NCBI GenBank assembly: GCA_963707985.1
Contig: CAVPRW010000037.1
Span: forward strand, 64,001 to 128,000
Direction: 5' to 3'
Length of the DNA stretch: 64,000 nt
Source: an uncultured Nitrospinota bacterium
Lineage (GTDB): Bacteria > Tectomicrobia > Entotheonellia > J063 > CAVPRW01
Part shown: positions 52,549 to 63,725 of the stretch, in pieces
Numbering within the stretch: the first letter of the stretch is position 1
Layout: every line of letters starts with the position of its first letter
Made by a program: the position numbers and the translations under genes
Notes under the pieces: generated by a model
Databases searched by the model: none
Told to the model about the DNA's origin: nothing
The model's input: the letters and a program-made list of their open reading frames with translations, nothing else

Positions 52549-53871
52549 ATGCGCAACGCGATTTTTTATCTCACATATAATGGGCTCTATAATTTTACCA
52601 ATGGCATCGGTACCCAAACACAACTGCTAATCAGTGGCCTCGAAGCCATACAGGAGACGCTGATTGCGCAGCATGGGCCCATCGATGCGCATGTAGTTTG
52701 CCCGTTGCCAGATACGCAGACCTGGGGTTATGAGCACACCTTCTTTCAGCGGCAGCAGCAACGTCTGGCAGCGCTTGGCGGCTACGTACATCTCATTCCA
52801 TACAAACAGGACCCTGAGCAAGATCTCTGGGAGCTTCGTTCCTGGAAAGCCCTCTGCCAAAACGTGGCGCCGGTATTACACAGGCAAATGGTGGCCTATG
52901 ACCGATCGTTGATCATTTGTGTGGACCAGCCTTGGTTGCAGACGCCTCAGGTGCTCGGGATGCACCCCGGCCAGGCATTGCCGTATCATACCGATGTGCT
53001 CCTGGTGCTGTATAGCACGGCCTTCATCCGCAACTGGGAGAACCCTGACGCGACAGAGATTGCCTGGGAGCGGGAAGGGCTTGAGGCGTCCCAGCCCGGC
53101 TCGTGCGTGGCACTTGCCAACATCTGCCCATCGTTTACCACCCATCTCAAGACCCACTTCCGGCTATCGGCGGCGCAATTTGTCCCTTACACTTCGAGTA
53201 TCCTCCTGAATGACCGCACTTTTACCGTACTCGACGAGGCGGTGGTGCGAACGACGCTGCAGGCCTATGGCGTCCCCCTCGATGCTGATGTCGTGCTGGC
53301 ATTTGGTCGAGCCGCAGCTATCAAGGGGTTCGAGCGGCTGATCCCAGCCCTTGCCCCGCTCCGTGATCGGATACATTTTGTGCTCATCTCGGTACCATAC
53401 ACCAATGACGACTCCCAACAACAGATTTATGATCAACTGCTGCAACAGTACGCCATACGGGCAACCCACATCAAGGCGTTTACACGGGACTTGCCGCCTG
53501 CCTTATGTCAATGGCCCAGGACAAAAATGGTTGTCGTCCCGTCTCGACACGAAACATTCTCCAACATCCCGCTCGAAGTCGCACTGTGGGCGCGTGGAAA
53601 CGGCCCAGTGGTGGTGGCCTCAAGCGTCGGCGGGTTCGTCGACCAAATCGAGGATGGTGTCACAGGATTTCTTATGGATATCTCGTCGTGTCTGCACATG
53701 ACCCAGACGCTGCTCCATGTGCTCGATCTGTCTCAAGACGCACATGCGGCAATTCGGTATCAGGCCTATCAGCGGGTCATCTGCGACTTCGACTTCACGA
53801 AAAACTTTCCGGTCACTCTACGGTGGTTTTGGCAGGGGGAACCTCTGAGGGCGCGTGACCGAGTGCGCTGA
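52549..53871 (+). CDS. GT-B (family 4) glycosyltransferase
   Basis: FGRAAAIKG, PSRHETFSNIPLE and DGVTGFL. Confidence 0.88.
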   Translation: MRNAIFYLTYNGLYNFTNGIGTQTQLLISGLEAIQETLIAQHGPIDAHVVCPLPDTQTWGYEHTFFQRQQQRLAALGGYVHLIPYKQDPEQDLWELRSWKALCQNVAPVLHRQMVAYDRSLIICVDQPWLQTPQVLGMHPGQALPYHTDVLLVLYSTAFIRNWENPDATEIAWEREGLEASQPGSCVALANICPSFTTHLKTHFRLSAAQFVPYTSSILLNDRTFTVLDEAVVRTTLQAYGVPLDADVVLAFGRAAAIKGFERLIPALAPLRDRIHFVLISVPYTNDDSQQQIYDQLLQQYAIRATHIKAFTRDLPPALCQWPRTKMVVVPSRHETFSNIPLEVALWARGNGPVVVASSVGGFVDQIEDGVTGFLMDISSCLHMTQTLLHVLDLSQDAHAAIRYQAYQRVICDFDFTKNFPVTLRWFWQGEPLRARDRVR

Positions 53872-53963
53872 AGCTGACCGTGACATGAGGGCGGGAGTGC
53901 GAGTCGCTGGGGTGGGACCTAGGGCGGGGATTTGCCATGCACTTGTTGACAGTCGTCAGCTCC

Positions 53964-54770
53964 TCATGGGAACTGCGCAGGCTGGCTGTCTGGCTCCAGG
54001 ATGCTATTTAAGCGCTGGCACAAGGCCATGACCTCATCAGCATGGCCGGGAAACCAGGCCTGCAACCACGTGGGACGTTCGAAAAAGGCTTGCGGCGGGC
54101 GATCTGGGTGTCGAATGCCAACACGCATGACCAACCCGCTGGCGTTGATGAAACTCACCTCGTCGAGCAATCTCCCTGGCGCGGCCAATCCGGCCGCGAT
54201 CGGACATAACGCGGCGATGGCCGCTAGGGAAGCTGCGACCCCTCGTAGGCAAAAGGCCTGCGTATGGGCCCGGACCTCTGGTGGCAAAGCCTGCAAGACG
54301 GTCCGCATGGTCAAGCCGGAAAACACCGTATCATCCACCACAGCAAGGGAGGACCCCGAATCGAGGCCCAACAGTTGCTGCGCTAAGGGGATACCGATCG
54401 TGCTCACCACGTTGTAGCCACCGTGGCCGTCTTCTTCGCGCGTAATGTCCACACGAGTGATTCGGGGAAACCATCCCGTCTTGGCGTGCAATTGTTGAGC
54501 GACGCGTTCTCCGGCTCGACCGATGCCAATCGTCAGCGCAAAGGGGGCGTAATGAGCCTGCGCCAGCAATCGCTCAATTTGCGACTCAAGCGTGATGACC
54601 ACGACATGCTCCGGATCACGCTGCAGGAGCGCGAAAAATTCCCGTGTGAGTTGCCATGCTGCTGATCCCTTGCCCTGCTGCCGGCAGACATATGCGCTGA
54701 GGTCGTCGTGAATATATAACAGGCCCGGGGTCGGTGCGGCGTAGGCTTCAGCATCCGTCATGGGGCGCAT
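53964..54770 (-). CDS. Type I phosphoribosyltransferase-like protein
   Basis: PRPP-binding loop VVDDTVFSGLT. Confidence 0.75.
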   Translation of the reverse strand: MRPMTDAEAYAAPTPGLLYIHDDLSAYVCRQQGKGSAAWQLTREFFALLQRDPEHVVVITLESQIERLLAQAHYAPFALTIGIGRAGERVAQQLHAKTGWFPRITRVDITREEDGHGGYNVVSTIGIPLAQQLLGLDSGSSLAVVDDTVFSGLTMRTVLQALPPEVRAHTQAFCLRGVAASLAAIAALCPIAAGLAAPGRLLDEVSFINASGLVMRVGIRHPDRPPQAFFERPTWLQAWFPGHADEVMALCQRLNSILEPDSQPAQFP

Positions 54771-54901
54771 CTTTCCTCGGGGCGACTTGCCTGGGCGCCC
54801 TCGCGTGGCATGAGGCATCCCCCCTTCGTGGCTATGCCGACCCCTGTAGTATGTGCCAGAGCACGGGTTCGACACATCCGTGAGGCTATCAAGCCGGTGC
54901 T

Positions 54902-55791
54902 CTACCGCGGTGGGGGCGTCGAACTGGTGGGCGGACGTCCCGCTCCGGTGCGATCTTCCAGCCGCAGCCGTTCCTCCGCCAGTTTGGCCTCTTTCGAGGT
55001 AGGATATTTCTCGACCAGGGTCCGTAAGACGCGTCGTCCCTGGACCCCGTCTTTGATCTCGTAGTAAGCGTACCCTGTTTTTAACAGGGCGCTTGGTGCC
55101 TGAGGGCTTTGCGGAAAGTCCCGCACCAAGCGCTCAAACTCGGTAATAGCGCCGCGGTAGTCTTTCGCACTGTAGAGCGATTCTGCGAGATAATACTGCG
55201 CCGTGTCGGCCACATCACCCGTCGGGGCTTGCAGGAGATAGGTGCGAAACCCTTGTGCGGCCAGATCAAATTTGCCCCGCTGGTAATCCCCAAGGGCAGC
55301 CTGGTAGAGTCTCTTGGCCTCGGCCGAGCTTGGTGCAGCCGCCGTTGGGGGAGTTCCAGGCGAGTCTCCGGTAGGAGCCCCGGGAATGGGAGTTTGACCG
55401 GTGCCTGAGGGGCTCGATCGGCTGCCCATGGGAGTTGAGGACGCCGCCAGGGCTCAGCTTGGTCTCCAGTGCACCAACCCGACGGCTCATTTGGACGTTA
55501 GAGGCCTCCAGGCGCTCGGTCAACACACTGACTTGCTGACGCAGCTCATCGAGCCCAGCTTTCATGTCGGCGATATTCCGCCGCTCCCCCTCTAGCTCTC
55601 GCTGCACAAGCTCTCGCGGCTTGGACTGTGACACCTCTTGCGACACTTGCATTTGCATGAGCTTGGCGATTCATCCGCTCCATATCATTACGAAGAATGG
55701 CGATGTCGCGTTCCTGCGCGCACGCCGTGAGAGCCAGGGTGGCGAGCAGAGCTAATCCGCCCCACGGCAGCCGCGATCTGGCCACTTTCAT
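54902..55791 (-). CDS. cpoB: Tol-Pal associated TPR protein, frameshifted
   Basis: Lipobox LTAC, coiled coil and TPR (AQYYLAESLY, ALLKTG); follows pal. Confidence 0.88.
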
Positions 55792-55814
55792 GATGTCATC
55801 CCCACGAGTTCAGG

Positions 55815-56364
55815 TTACATGGCCTTGAAATCGACCCGACGGTTCTTCGCCCATGAATCTTCGCCATGGCCAGAGTCAGTAGGGCGCTCTTCGCCGTAGC
55901 TGATGATCACCAGACGACTGCCATCGATGCCCAACGAGCTGAGGTAACTCTTCACGGCGGCAGCGCGGCGTTCACCCAGGGCGAGGTTGTACTCATTGCT
56001 GCCGCGCTCATCGGCGTTGCCCTCTAGCTGAACTCGGGCGTTGGCATTGGAACGCAGCCATTCGGAGTTGCGCACGAGGGTATCCTTGGCTGTATCACTT
56101 AGCGTCGCCTGATCGAACTCAAAATAAACGGTGTCCATCACCAACGTTCCTGCCGGAGGCGTCGTCGGCCGCGACGCCAGCTGGCTTTCGGCAATTCGCC
56201 GACGGCGTTCTTCTTCTTCGCGAGCCCGGATCTCCTCCGCGCTCGGCCCACTCGCGCCCATCTGCGTGGTGCTCTCGGGCGGTGGTCTTCCGCGCGCATC
56301 CCGTGGTGAGCAATATCAGGGTAGTAACGAAGATGAGGCTCCAAATCCCAACCGACCGCGTCAT
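55815..56364 (-). CDS. pal: Peptidoglycan-associated lipoprotein, frameshifted
   Basis: TGC lipobox, VYFEFD, EGNADERG, YNLALGERRA and NRRVD. Confidence 0.93.
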
Positions 56365-56524
56365 ATCGATGTCCCCTCCGCTCCTGACCTTTCAACCGTC
56401 CCTGAACACGCTACTGGGTGTCCTCACCCCAACGGATGTCGGTCTTCCCTTCACTTAAAGGGTGCCATACAGGCCTCTCTCCTTTCAGACGGCGAATGGT
56501 CGTCGTAATCGCAAACCCACAGGG

Positions 56525-57853
56525 TCACTCCACGATACGAGGAGACCAGACAGGACTTTGTGCCCCCCCGTCCAAGGACGTGAGTTGCTGTTGACCAGAC
56601 CCATCGTCATACATCCGATAGAGCTGGGGGGAGCCCGTGCGTGTCGAGCTGAACACTAAAAAGCGTCCGTCAGGAGACCACGAGGGATTTTCGTTACTCC
56701 CATTGCCCATGGTCAAGCGCTGCGCACCACTGCCATCCACGTTAATGACATAGACGTCGAAACGGTTTCCCTCCATCGACACATAGGCGATACGATCGCC
56801 ACGCGGGGACCAGGAGGGACGGTCATTGTAGTTCCCTTGGTAAGTCAACCGGCGGACATTCGACCCTTCCGCATCCATGATGAAGATCTGTGGCGATCCC
56901 GCGCGGTCGGACACAAACGCGATTTGCCGACCGGTCGGTGACCAGGTGGGGGAGGTATCGATCGCCGGATGATTGGTGAGTCGGCGCAAGTCGGAGCCGT
57001 TGCGACTCATCGTATAGATTTCCGAGTTGCCATCTTTGGTTAACGTCAACGCCAGGCGGCTGCTGTCAGGGGACCAGGCTGGCGCCGAATTCAGTCCAGG
57101 CTGCTGCGACACGAGACGTCGTCCACCGCCGTTCAAGCCAACGGCGACAAGATCGGGATTGCGGTCTCGATACGACGTAATAGCCACCTCACGGCTGTCC
57201 GGCGCCCAGGCTGGTGACAGCGCAATCGAGCGATCGCTGGTCAATTGCCGGACGTTCGTGCCATTCTGATCCATCACAAACAGCTCTTTGTTGCCATTTT
57301 GTCGCGAAATGAACGCGATCTTCGTTTGGGCGATGCCTGGCTCACCGGTAAAACGGACCATGATCTCATCGGCACAGCGATGCATCATACTGGCTGCGGT
57401 ATCCGCGGGTCCACGATAACGTTTCCCCGTGATCATGCTTTGGCCCCCAACGTCGAAGAGCCGACACTCGACGATAAGATCGCGTCCATCCTGGCTATAT
57501 GTCCCCTTCACGAGCGCCTGCGCGCCCAACTCTGCCCACTCCTTGAACACAATCTCCCCAGCCCGCGCATCAGCTTGGGCCGCCTCCTCTAAAAACCTCT
57601 GGTTGTCGATCAGGTCGAAGAAACGGTAGACGCGCAAATCATCGGCAAGAGTGCTGGCCATCTCATGGCCAAGGCTCGCATTTGCCCCACTGCCGCCTTC
57701 CGCCCGAGTAAAATCCGGGATCGCTAGGCGCAAGCGTTGTCCGCCGCCGCGCGAGATGCTGAGATAGACGTCGGCCGCGTTTGCGCACACCAGCCCAATC
57801 GTCATGGTGAAGAGCCACCCGAGCAGATACACCCTTGCATAGCTGATGCGCAT
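56525..57853 (-). CDS. tolB: Tol-Pal beta-propeller protein
   Basis: TolB N-domain plus PD40 repeats (P.WSPD). Confidence 0.95.
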   Translation of the reverse strand: MRISYARVYLLGWLFTMTIGLVCANAADVYLSISRGGGQRLRLAIPDFTRAEGGSGANASLGHEMASTLADDLRVYRFFDLIDNQRFLEEAAQADARAGEIVFKEWAELGAQALVKGTYSQDGRDLIVECRLFDVGGQSMITGKRYRGPADTAASMMHRCADEIMVRFTGEPGIAQTKIAFISRQNGNKELFVMDQNGTNVRQLTSDRSIALSPAWAPDSREVAITSYRDRNPDLVAVGLNGGGRRLVSQQPGLNSAPAWSPDSSRLALTLTKDGNSEIYTMSRNGSDLRRLTNHPAIDTSPTWSPTGRQIAFVSDRAGSPQIFIMDAEGSNVRRLTYQGNYNDRPSWSPRGDRIAYVSMEGNRFDVYVINVDGSGAQRLTMGNGSNENPSWSPDGRFLVFSSTRTGSPQLYRMYDDGSGQQQLTSLDGGAQSPVWSPRIVE

Positions 57854-57854
57854 A

Positions 57855-58793
57855 TCACCCTTCCTTTTGGCCCGGACAAGAGCCTCCTAAACCAAAGCAG
57901 AGGTAGATCCCCAGGTAGTCCCCACCAAATTCCACTGGCAAGGGAGGAAATGGATCGGAGCGTTTGATGGCCCCTGAAGCGAGCAGGTCGACGGCCTGAT
58001 TACGGGAGGATTCATAGATCTGGGGCTCGGCGATCGTACCGTCCCGTTTGATTCGGAAATAGACGACGACCCGACCGAGATTCTGCTGCGGACGGACCCA
58101 GTTCTCCTCGATGCGTCCGGTTACCTGCCTGAGGTAGTAGCTATAGGGAAAGTTGGCCGAGTCAAGCGACAACATGCCACCGCCACCCCCCAAGGCCAGA
58201 CCGCTGCCCGGTCCAGACCCCGACCCAGGCCCTGACCCAGGTCTTCCCCCGCTCCCTGGCCCCGATCGCTCGGGCTGAATCCTGGCCGTTGCTTCTCGCC
58301 GTGGGGCCGGAGTTGGAGACGTCTGCGTCGGAGGAGGAACGTCTTTTTTCCTCTCCTGGGGTTTCTCGGTAACTGCTCGTGGTGCGGGCTCGGGCTTCTT
58401 CTCTTCCCGCTTTGGGGGTTCTTTCTTCGGCGGCTCCTTAGGCTTTGGCGTGGGCAGGGTCATCTCCGGCTCGCGTGGTGGGTCCTTGGGTTTCGGGGGC
58501 GGAGCTTTCTCTACCTTCTCAGGTTTGGGTTCTGGCGGATGTGGCGCAGAAGGTTTCTCCGCCTGGGTAGGCTCTGGTGGTGGAGCAGGTTTTCTTGGGG
58601 GCGGCTGGAGTGCTTCGCGTGTCGCCCCGCCGCCGCCTCCACCCGCGGGGAAGTCGACGAGTTGCACCATCTGCGCTGGGGGCATGAGAAGCGTGGGCGC
58701 CGAGATATAAGGCGCCACAACGAACAGGCCACCAAGGGCAGCCACATGAATCAGCACAGAGAGAAGGAGCGGCCGTGAAATCTCTCCAAACAT
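57855..58793 (-). CDS. tolA: TolA/TonB-like energy transducer
   Basis: TM SVLIH motif, Pro/Lys/Glu linker, TonB C-domain; operon position. Confidence 0.85.
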   Translation of the reverse strand: MFGEISRPLLLSVLIHVAALGGLFVVAPYISAPTLLMPPAQMVQLVDFPAGGGGGGATREALQPPPRKPAPPPEPTQAEKPSAPHPPEPKPEKVEKAPPPKPKDPPREPEMTLPTPKPKEPPKKEPPKREEKKPEPAPRAVTEKPQERKKDVPPPTQTSPTPAPRREATARIQPERSGPGSGGRPGSGPGSGSGPGSGLALGGGGGMLSLDSANFPYSYYLRQVTGRIEENWVRPQQNLGRVVVYFRIKRDGTIAEPQIYESSRNQAVDLLASGAIKRSDPFPPLPVEFGGDYLGIYLCFGLGGSCPGQKEG

Positions 58794-58854
58794 CCCATAC
58801 TCGCCGGCTCGGTTCCCGGAGCGCGACCTGTTGCCGTTGATGGCGCTCGATTTG

Positions 58855-59289
58855 CTAGGACGGAGGTCTTTTACCATCATCATCAGCCGGAACCGTCACA
58901 ATGCCTAAGCGCTCGATGCCCGCCTGTTTAATCACCGCCATCATCTTCACCACGAAACCGTATGGGATATCTTTATCAGCGCGGAGGAACACCTCTTTGG
59001 TGGATCCCGAGGCTTGACGCAATGTCTGTTCCAGCTCAGGAAAATCAATACGTCGATCATTCAAATACAGACGCTCGTTCTTGGCCAGGGTGATAACCAG
59101 CCGCTCTCGGCTGGGATCCATATTGCTACTTCCCCCTTCCTGGGGGAGGTTGATATCGATACCCTGCTGCATCATCGGAGCGGTGACCATGAAAATGACG
59201 AGCAAGACCAGCATCACGTCAACAAGGGGCGTGACGTTGATCTCGGATAGCGTCGTCTGGCCTGGTTTTTGCGTCGTTCCGAGGCTCAT
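58855..59289 (-). CDS. tolR: TolR/ExbD
   Basis: EINVTPLVDVMLVLLVIFM and LRAD. Confidence 0.95.
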   Translation of the reverse strand: MSLGTTQKPGQTTLSEINVTPLVDVMLVLLVIFMVTAPMMQQGIDINLPQEGGSSNMDPSRERLVITLAKNERLYLNDRRIDFPELEQTLRQASGSTKEVFLRADKDIPYGFVVKMMAVIKQAGIERLGIVTVPADDDGKRPPS

Positions 59290-60030
59290 GCGTGCTTGAC
59301 GAGGTCCCGCTCGGCATAGGTGGCGAACTCGCTGGCGAAATTCTCCATCTCCATCGCCAACACACGAATCTGACTCACAAAATGGTTATAGGCGATGACC
59401 GCTGGGATCGCCGCGGCCAGGCCGGCGGCGGTGGCGATCAGGGCTTCCGAAATACCTGGGGCCACAGTGGCCAACGTGGCTGATCCCCGCAAGCCAATAC
59501 CATGAAACGCGTTCATCACACCCCAGACAGTTCCGAAGAGTCCGATGAACGGGGTTGCGCTACCGGTGGTGGCGAGAAACGGCAGCAATCGTTCCAATCG
59601 GATGGTTTCCTCCGACGCCATCAACGATAACATGCGCTGGAAACGCCCGGCATCGAACACCGACGGTCCGGGAATCGATTCCTCATGCAGTTCATCAGAC
59701 AGACCATTGCGACCCCGCGCAGCGCATTTTTGCCGCCGGATGCGAGCGCAGCTCGGCATATCCCGCTGCAAACATACGCGCCAGCGGAGAGGCTTGGTAC
59801 TGTTTAGTCGAGGCATATACGACCGCGAGATTGTCACTCTCGGCAAAGATTTCACGAAACAGGGATGTCTCACGCCTGACACGGCGCATCAGCCGCCACT
59901 TATGGATGATGATCGCCCAAGAGGCGACCGAGAAGCCCAATAAAATGAGCAGCACCAGCTTACCCATGGGGCCTGCTCGTAGCACAAGATCAAACACGTC
60001 TCCGCCGAAGCCGATGGTCTGTGTTGGCAT
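59286..60030 (-). CDS. tolQ: TolQ/ExbB, frameshifted
   Basis: PFIGLFGTVWG and APGISEALIATAAGL. Confidence 0.93.
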
Positions 60031-60316
60031 GATGGTACCTTGACAGGAAATATGAGGTGCGGGAGTCCAATGCTGCAATGCACTGGCGACGTTCTATCCT
60101 AGGCTAAAGCCTGGCAGATGTCAACGTCGATTTCGTCCGCACGCCCTGAAAGCGCCAAGAGGGGGATGTGCCTCACGTTGCAAAGGGACGGTTATTCGAG
60201 TAAAGTGACAGAAATAACACTATGATTCGCCCATCTTCGAATGCACTTCCACGCTGTGTGCCTTCTCTAAGGTGTTGGTCTTACATGGTTTAGACGTCGC
60301 CGGAGGAGTCCGTCGC

Positions 60317-61107
60317 ATGGTTGACCTTCAAGAGCTTAACGACGTGTCTGCAGGAGCATATCCGTCCCCAACACCTGGCGCTGGCCATCAAAATGGCCAA
60401 GTCGCCCGACGAGGTGCCACCAAAACTGCGGCATCCGGCCAAGGATATGGGGTTTCAATCGGCAATCTGCCAGGGGATCAGCATCGCACGACGATACGGA
60501 TGGGCTCTGGCGTTGACGAGAGAGGACCTGTCATGTCCACTGGCCAAGGTGGTGTTCGGCTTCGAGCCGGAAATTTCCGTACTATACCGAGGGGTTTGCC
60601 TGTGCGGAGATGTATACCGAAAGCGAAACTGCCGGAGCGCTGACGGAAGCCCAGCAGCCGAAATTCCCCTATGGGACGTATCATGCCATTCTGGTCGCAC
60701 CGTTGACGCGCACCGAGTTTGAGCCTGATGTGGTAGTGATCTATGGCAACTCGGCCCAGGTCATGCGCTTGGTGACTGCGGCGCTCTATAAGCGCGGGGG
60801 ACGGATCACGTCGAGCTTCTCAGGGCGCATCGATTGTGCCGATATCATCATCCAAACGATGCACACGCAGGATTGCCAGGTAATTCTCCCCTGCTACGGC
60901 GATCGCATCTTTGCTCAGACCGAAGACTCGGAGATGGCGTTTACCATCCCTCGATCCCGCATCGCTGAGGTCATCGAGGGGCTCAAAGGCACCCATAAAG
61001 GGGGCGTGCGGTATCCGATTCCCTCCTTCTTACGCTACCAGGCGGTGTTTCCCGAGAAGTATATGAAGCTTGAGGAACTGTGGCGGCAGGGGGATGCGCA
61101 TTCATAG
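60317..61107 (+). CDS. DUF169 family protein, frameshifted
   Basis: ICQ...RRYG, SCP, PDVVVIYG..AQ.MRL and PCYGDR. Confidence 0.88.
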
Positions 61108-61405
61108 CGACTACCACCCCGTACCGGTGTTGATCAGAACCTTCACCGCGCCCTCCCACTCTGATGGCCCGTCATACCAGAGCACAATGTCCGCATGTCG
61201 ACTATCAGTCAAATCGCCGCGGCAATGACCTTGATGATGGCGCCGTTCACACGCAGGTCGTAAATCACAAACGGCGGCCCCCCGAAAGCGTTCACGAGCA
61301 TGCCGATGAGCAGCATCATGGTGAGGGCTGGGACGGCGTGCATGATCCTGAGGCCCTGGATGATTTCGGAGTATTGCCGCGCTATGCGAGGCACGTCTGG
61401 GCGGC

Positions 61406-62490
61406 TTACCAACGTTGCTCTTCGCCAGTGGATTCTCGCTGTTCGTTGGTCGCGGATACATCGGGGATGCAGTCTGACAGCGATGCCAGGAAGCGCGAGA
61501 TGGCCCGGATGCTGCTGGTGAAGGGGCTCAAGTCCAATACGTTCCCGGACTTCGCCCTGAGCTTCAAGGGCCACACGGACCGCTTCGAGGAACCGCACGC
61601 CGGCCGTCCTGACCGAGAGCATCCAGAATCCCCGGACACAGGACATGCTCGCGTATCTCATCGCGGTTGCCAAACATTTCTTCGAGAGTCTGAAAGACGT
61701 ACAGCGGGGTCCCACCGTCGTGAATGCTGTGTAAATCGATAATCGACGGCTGCAAGCCACCGCTCGTCGGGGTGAGCAACACGTTCCATGGACTGGGATC
61801 GCTGGTAAAGGTCCTGCACCCGAGTACCACCCACAACCGCATATACGCGCCAATCCCTTGGCGTTCGAGAGCTTGACGTTGTGCGGAGTACTGCATAAAA
61901 TCGAGCTCTCCCCGGATAAAGCGGTCTTCGAGGATGCCTTTCCAGTGGTCGAGGCTATGCCCTTCCACATAGGCTTCGGTCATCGCCCGGCACGTCTGGC
62001 CGCGTCCATCCGACCATTGCCAAAAACCTCCAAACCGCGGGCACAGGCCGGGTGCCACCTCGTCCACACGACGTGCCGCCCATACCATGCGTTCGAGCAC
62101 CCGAGCATCGAGGTCTGTGGATTGAGCGTTCGCGCCGCCGACCGTTGCCTCGGGAGGCAAATGACCAAGTTTAACGGGCAGGAACTGCTTCAACACGAAG
62201 CTGAAAGCGTCTCCTGGCCGCGTGCGCGCGGTGACCAGATAAACGCGCTTCGCCCCACCCGTGGCCAGATAGCGAATCGTGAGCCAAGCTGGACGCCCGT
62301 GGGCGCCAGCATCGCCGTGGAGGCGTGTCAGAGTGGTCTCAAGCAGCCTGGGGTGTGTCAGGGCCGCTTCGACAGCGCCCTGTTCGGCTGCTGGCCTGGT
62401 GTTTTCCCATGTGATCGGTGCGACTCCCGCCTTCGGCGCGTCAGTACCCAACATACCTGTCCCCCGCGGAAACGTTGTGTGCTCGTGCAT
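61406..62490 (-). CDS. Atypical protein-kinase-like protein, C-terminal frameshifts
   Basis: LATGGAKRVY Gly loop, FVLK, EAYVEG, SDPSPWN and IIDL in kinase-fold order. Confidence 0.7.
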
Positions 62491-62505
62491 GACCCTATGC
62501 TCAGC

Positions 62506-62749
62506 CTACCGCATGCGTGGGACGATGAAGATATCCTCGGCTTCCCAGAAATCCCCAGCATGGTTGCAGGCTGTGGTGCGCACGTCATCGAGCAAATCCG
62601 GCGTGTCAACGGTGATCCACAGGTAAGCATCTTCTCCGGCTTCAATCGTATCGAAATCGATCTCGGTTTTTACCTGCGGTAATCTTCTCTTCCCCGCTGA
62701 GCCACTTGCTCTGCTAGCGACTTGCAGATTCCTTCAGGCGCGGTGTCAT
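62506..62749 (-). CDS. Small acidic hypothetical protein (about 80 aa, two apparent indels; absent from the ORF track)
   Basis: Reconstructed MTPRLKE-CKSLAEQVAQRGREDY-QVKTEIDFDTIEAGEDAYLWITV...IFIVPRMR. Confidence 0.6.
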
Positions 62750-63086
62750 CTGGCAAAAGCACCACGAGTATACCAGAACCACGGGAGAGTGGCGTGGCAA
62801 ACCGCTACTAGCCGACCAATCACCCGGAAGCGGGTGCAGCCTATTCTGGCATTCAAGCGACGACTGTGGCCTGCAGCGTGGGGAAATTTGCTCGGGCTGC
62901 CAGCGTCGCCTCCGCTCCCACGCGCCCAGCGATCAGAGTATAATATATGATCTTGATTACGATGATTAAGGGGGAAAGGATTACCCAACCCTTGCAACCC
63001 TGTTTCCAGACGCCCATTGAAAGGGATCATCCGCAGCGCAGCCCCCCAGGCCGACCGATGTCACATCTGTGATAAGGAGAATACAC

Positions 63087-63615
63087 GTGGCTCTAGTGCT
63101 CGATTTCATCCGCGATTCCATTCATCAGCAGCATGAGGCATGGGATAAGGCAATCTCGGATTTGACGCCAGAGCAGATGCATTTTCGCCCGAACGGCCAG
63201 GGAAACCATATTGGCTTCATCGCCTGGCATTATGTCCGGACAGAGGACAACCTCGTGCAATTCGTCTTTCAACATCGCAAGCCGACGGTCTGGCTTGCCG
63301 GTGGCTACGATCAGATGTTTGGCGCTACCGCGTACGGCACAAGGCACCGGCATGCCGCCTGAGGACGCGGTACGCATGCAGTTGCCGGCGGTGGAGCAGT
63401 GGATGGGCTATCAGCACGCAGTCTGGCAAGCAACGGACACCTGGCTCAATGCCATGACGGAGGACGATTTGCTGCGTTCCGTCCATATCATGCCATTCGG
63501 CGATATTACGGTGATGACAGCGGTGCGCATTCCGATCGTCAACCATGGCTTCTTGCATCTCGGCCAGGTAGGCCATTTGCGGAAACAACAAGGATTAAAG
63601 AGCTCAGACCTGTAG
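63087..63615 (+). CDS. DinB family protein, frameshifted
   Basis: NHIGFIAWH...ED and H..LHLGQ; AGGAG RBS. Confidence 0.88.
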
Positions 63616-63725
63616 GTGGCGAGGCCCCAGCCTACGGGTGCCATCGGCTCGTGTGCTGGTGTCTCAGGGCAACTGGGGCAGAGGGTTGAACCGACGGTCT
63701 CGATGACTCCAGAGGAACACTGGCT

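Noticed and set aside
50084..53871. Selenoneine cluster (senA-senB-senC)
   Set aside because: The sulfoxide synthase has ordinary EgtB motifs, the GT lacks the SenB-type N-terminal NGN..TA.RW pattern I recall and is divergently oriented, and no selD/senC homologue is present
58170..58660. Low-complexity Pro/Lys/Glu and Gly-Ser-Gly-Pro repeats
   Set aside because: Normal TolA/TonB linker sequence
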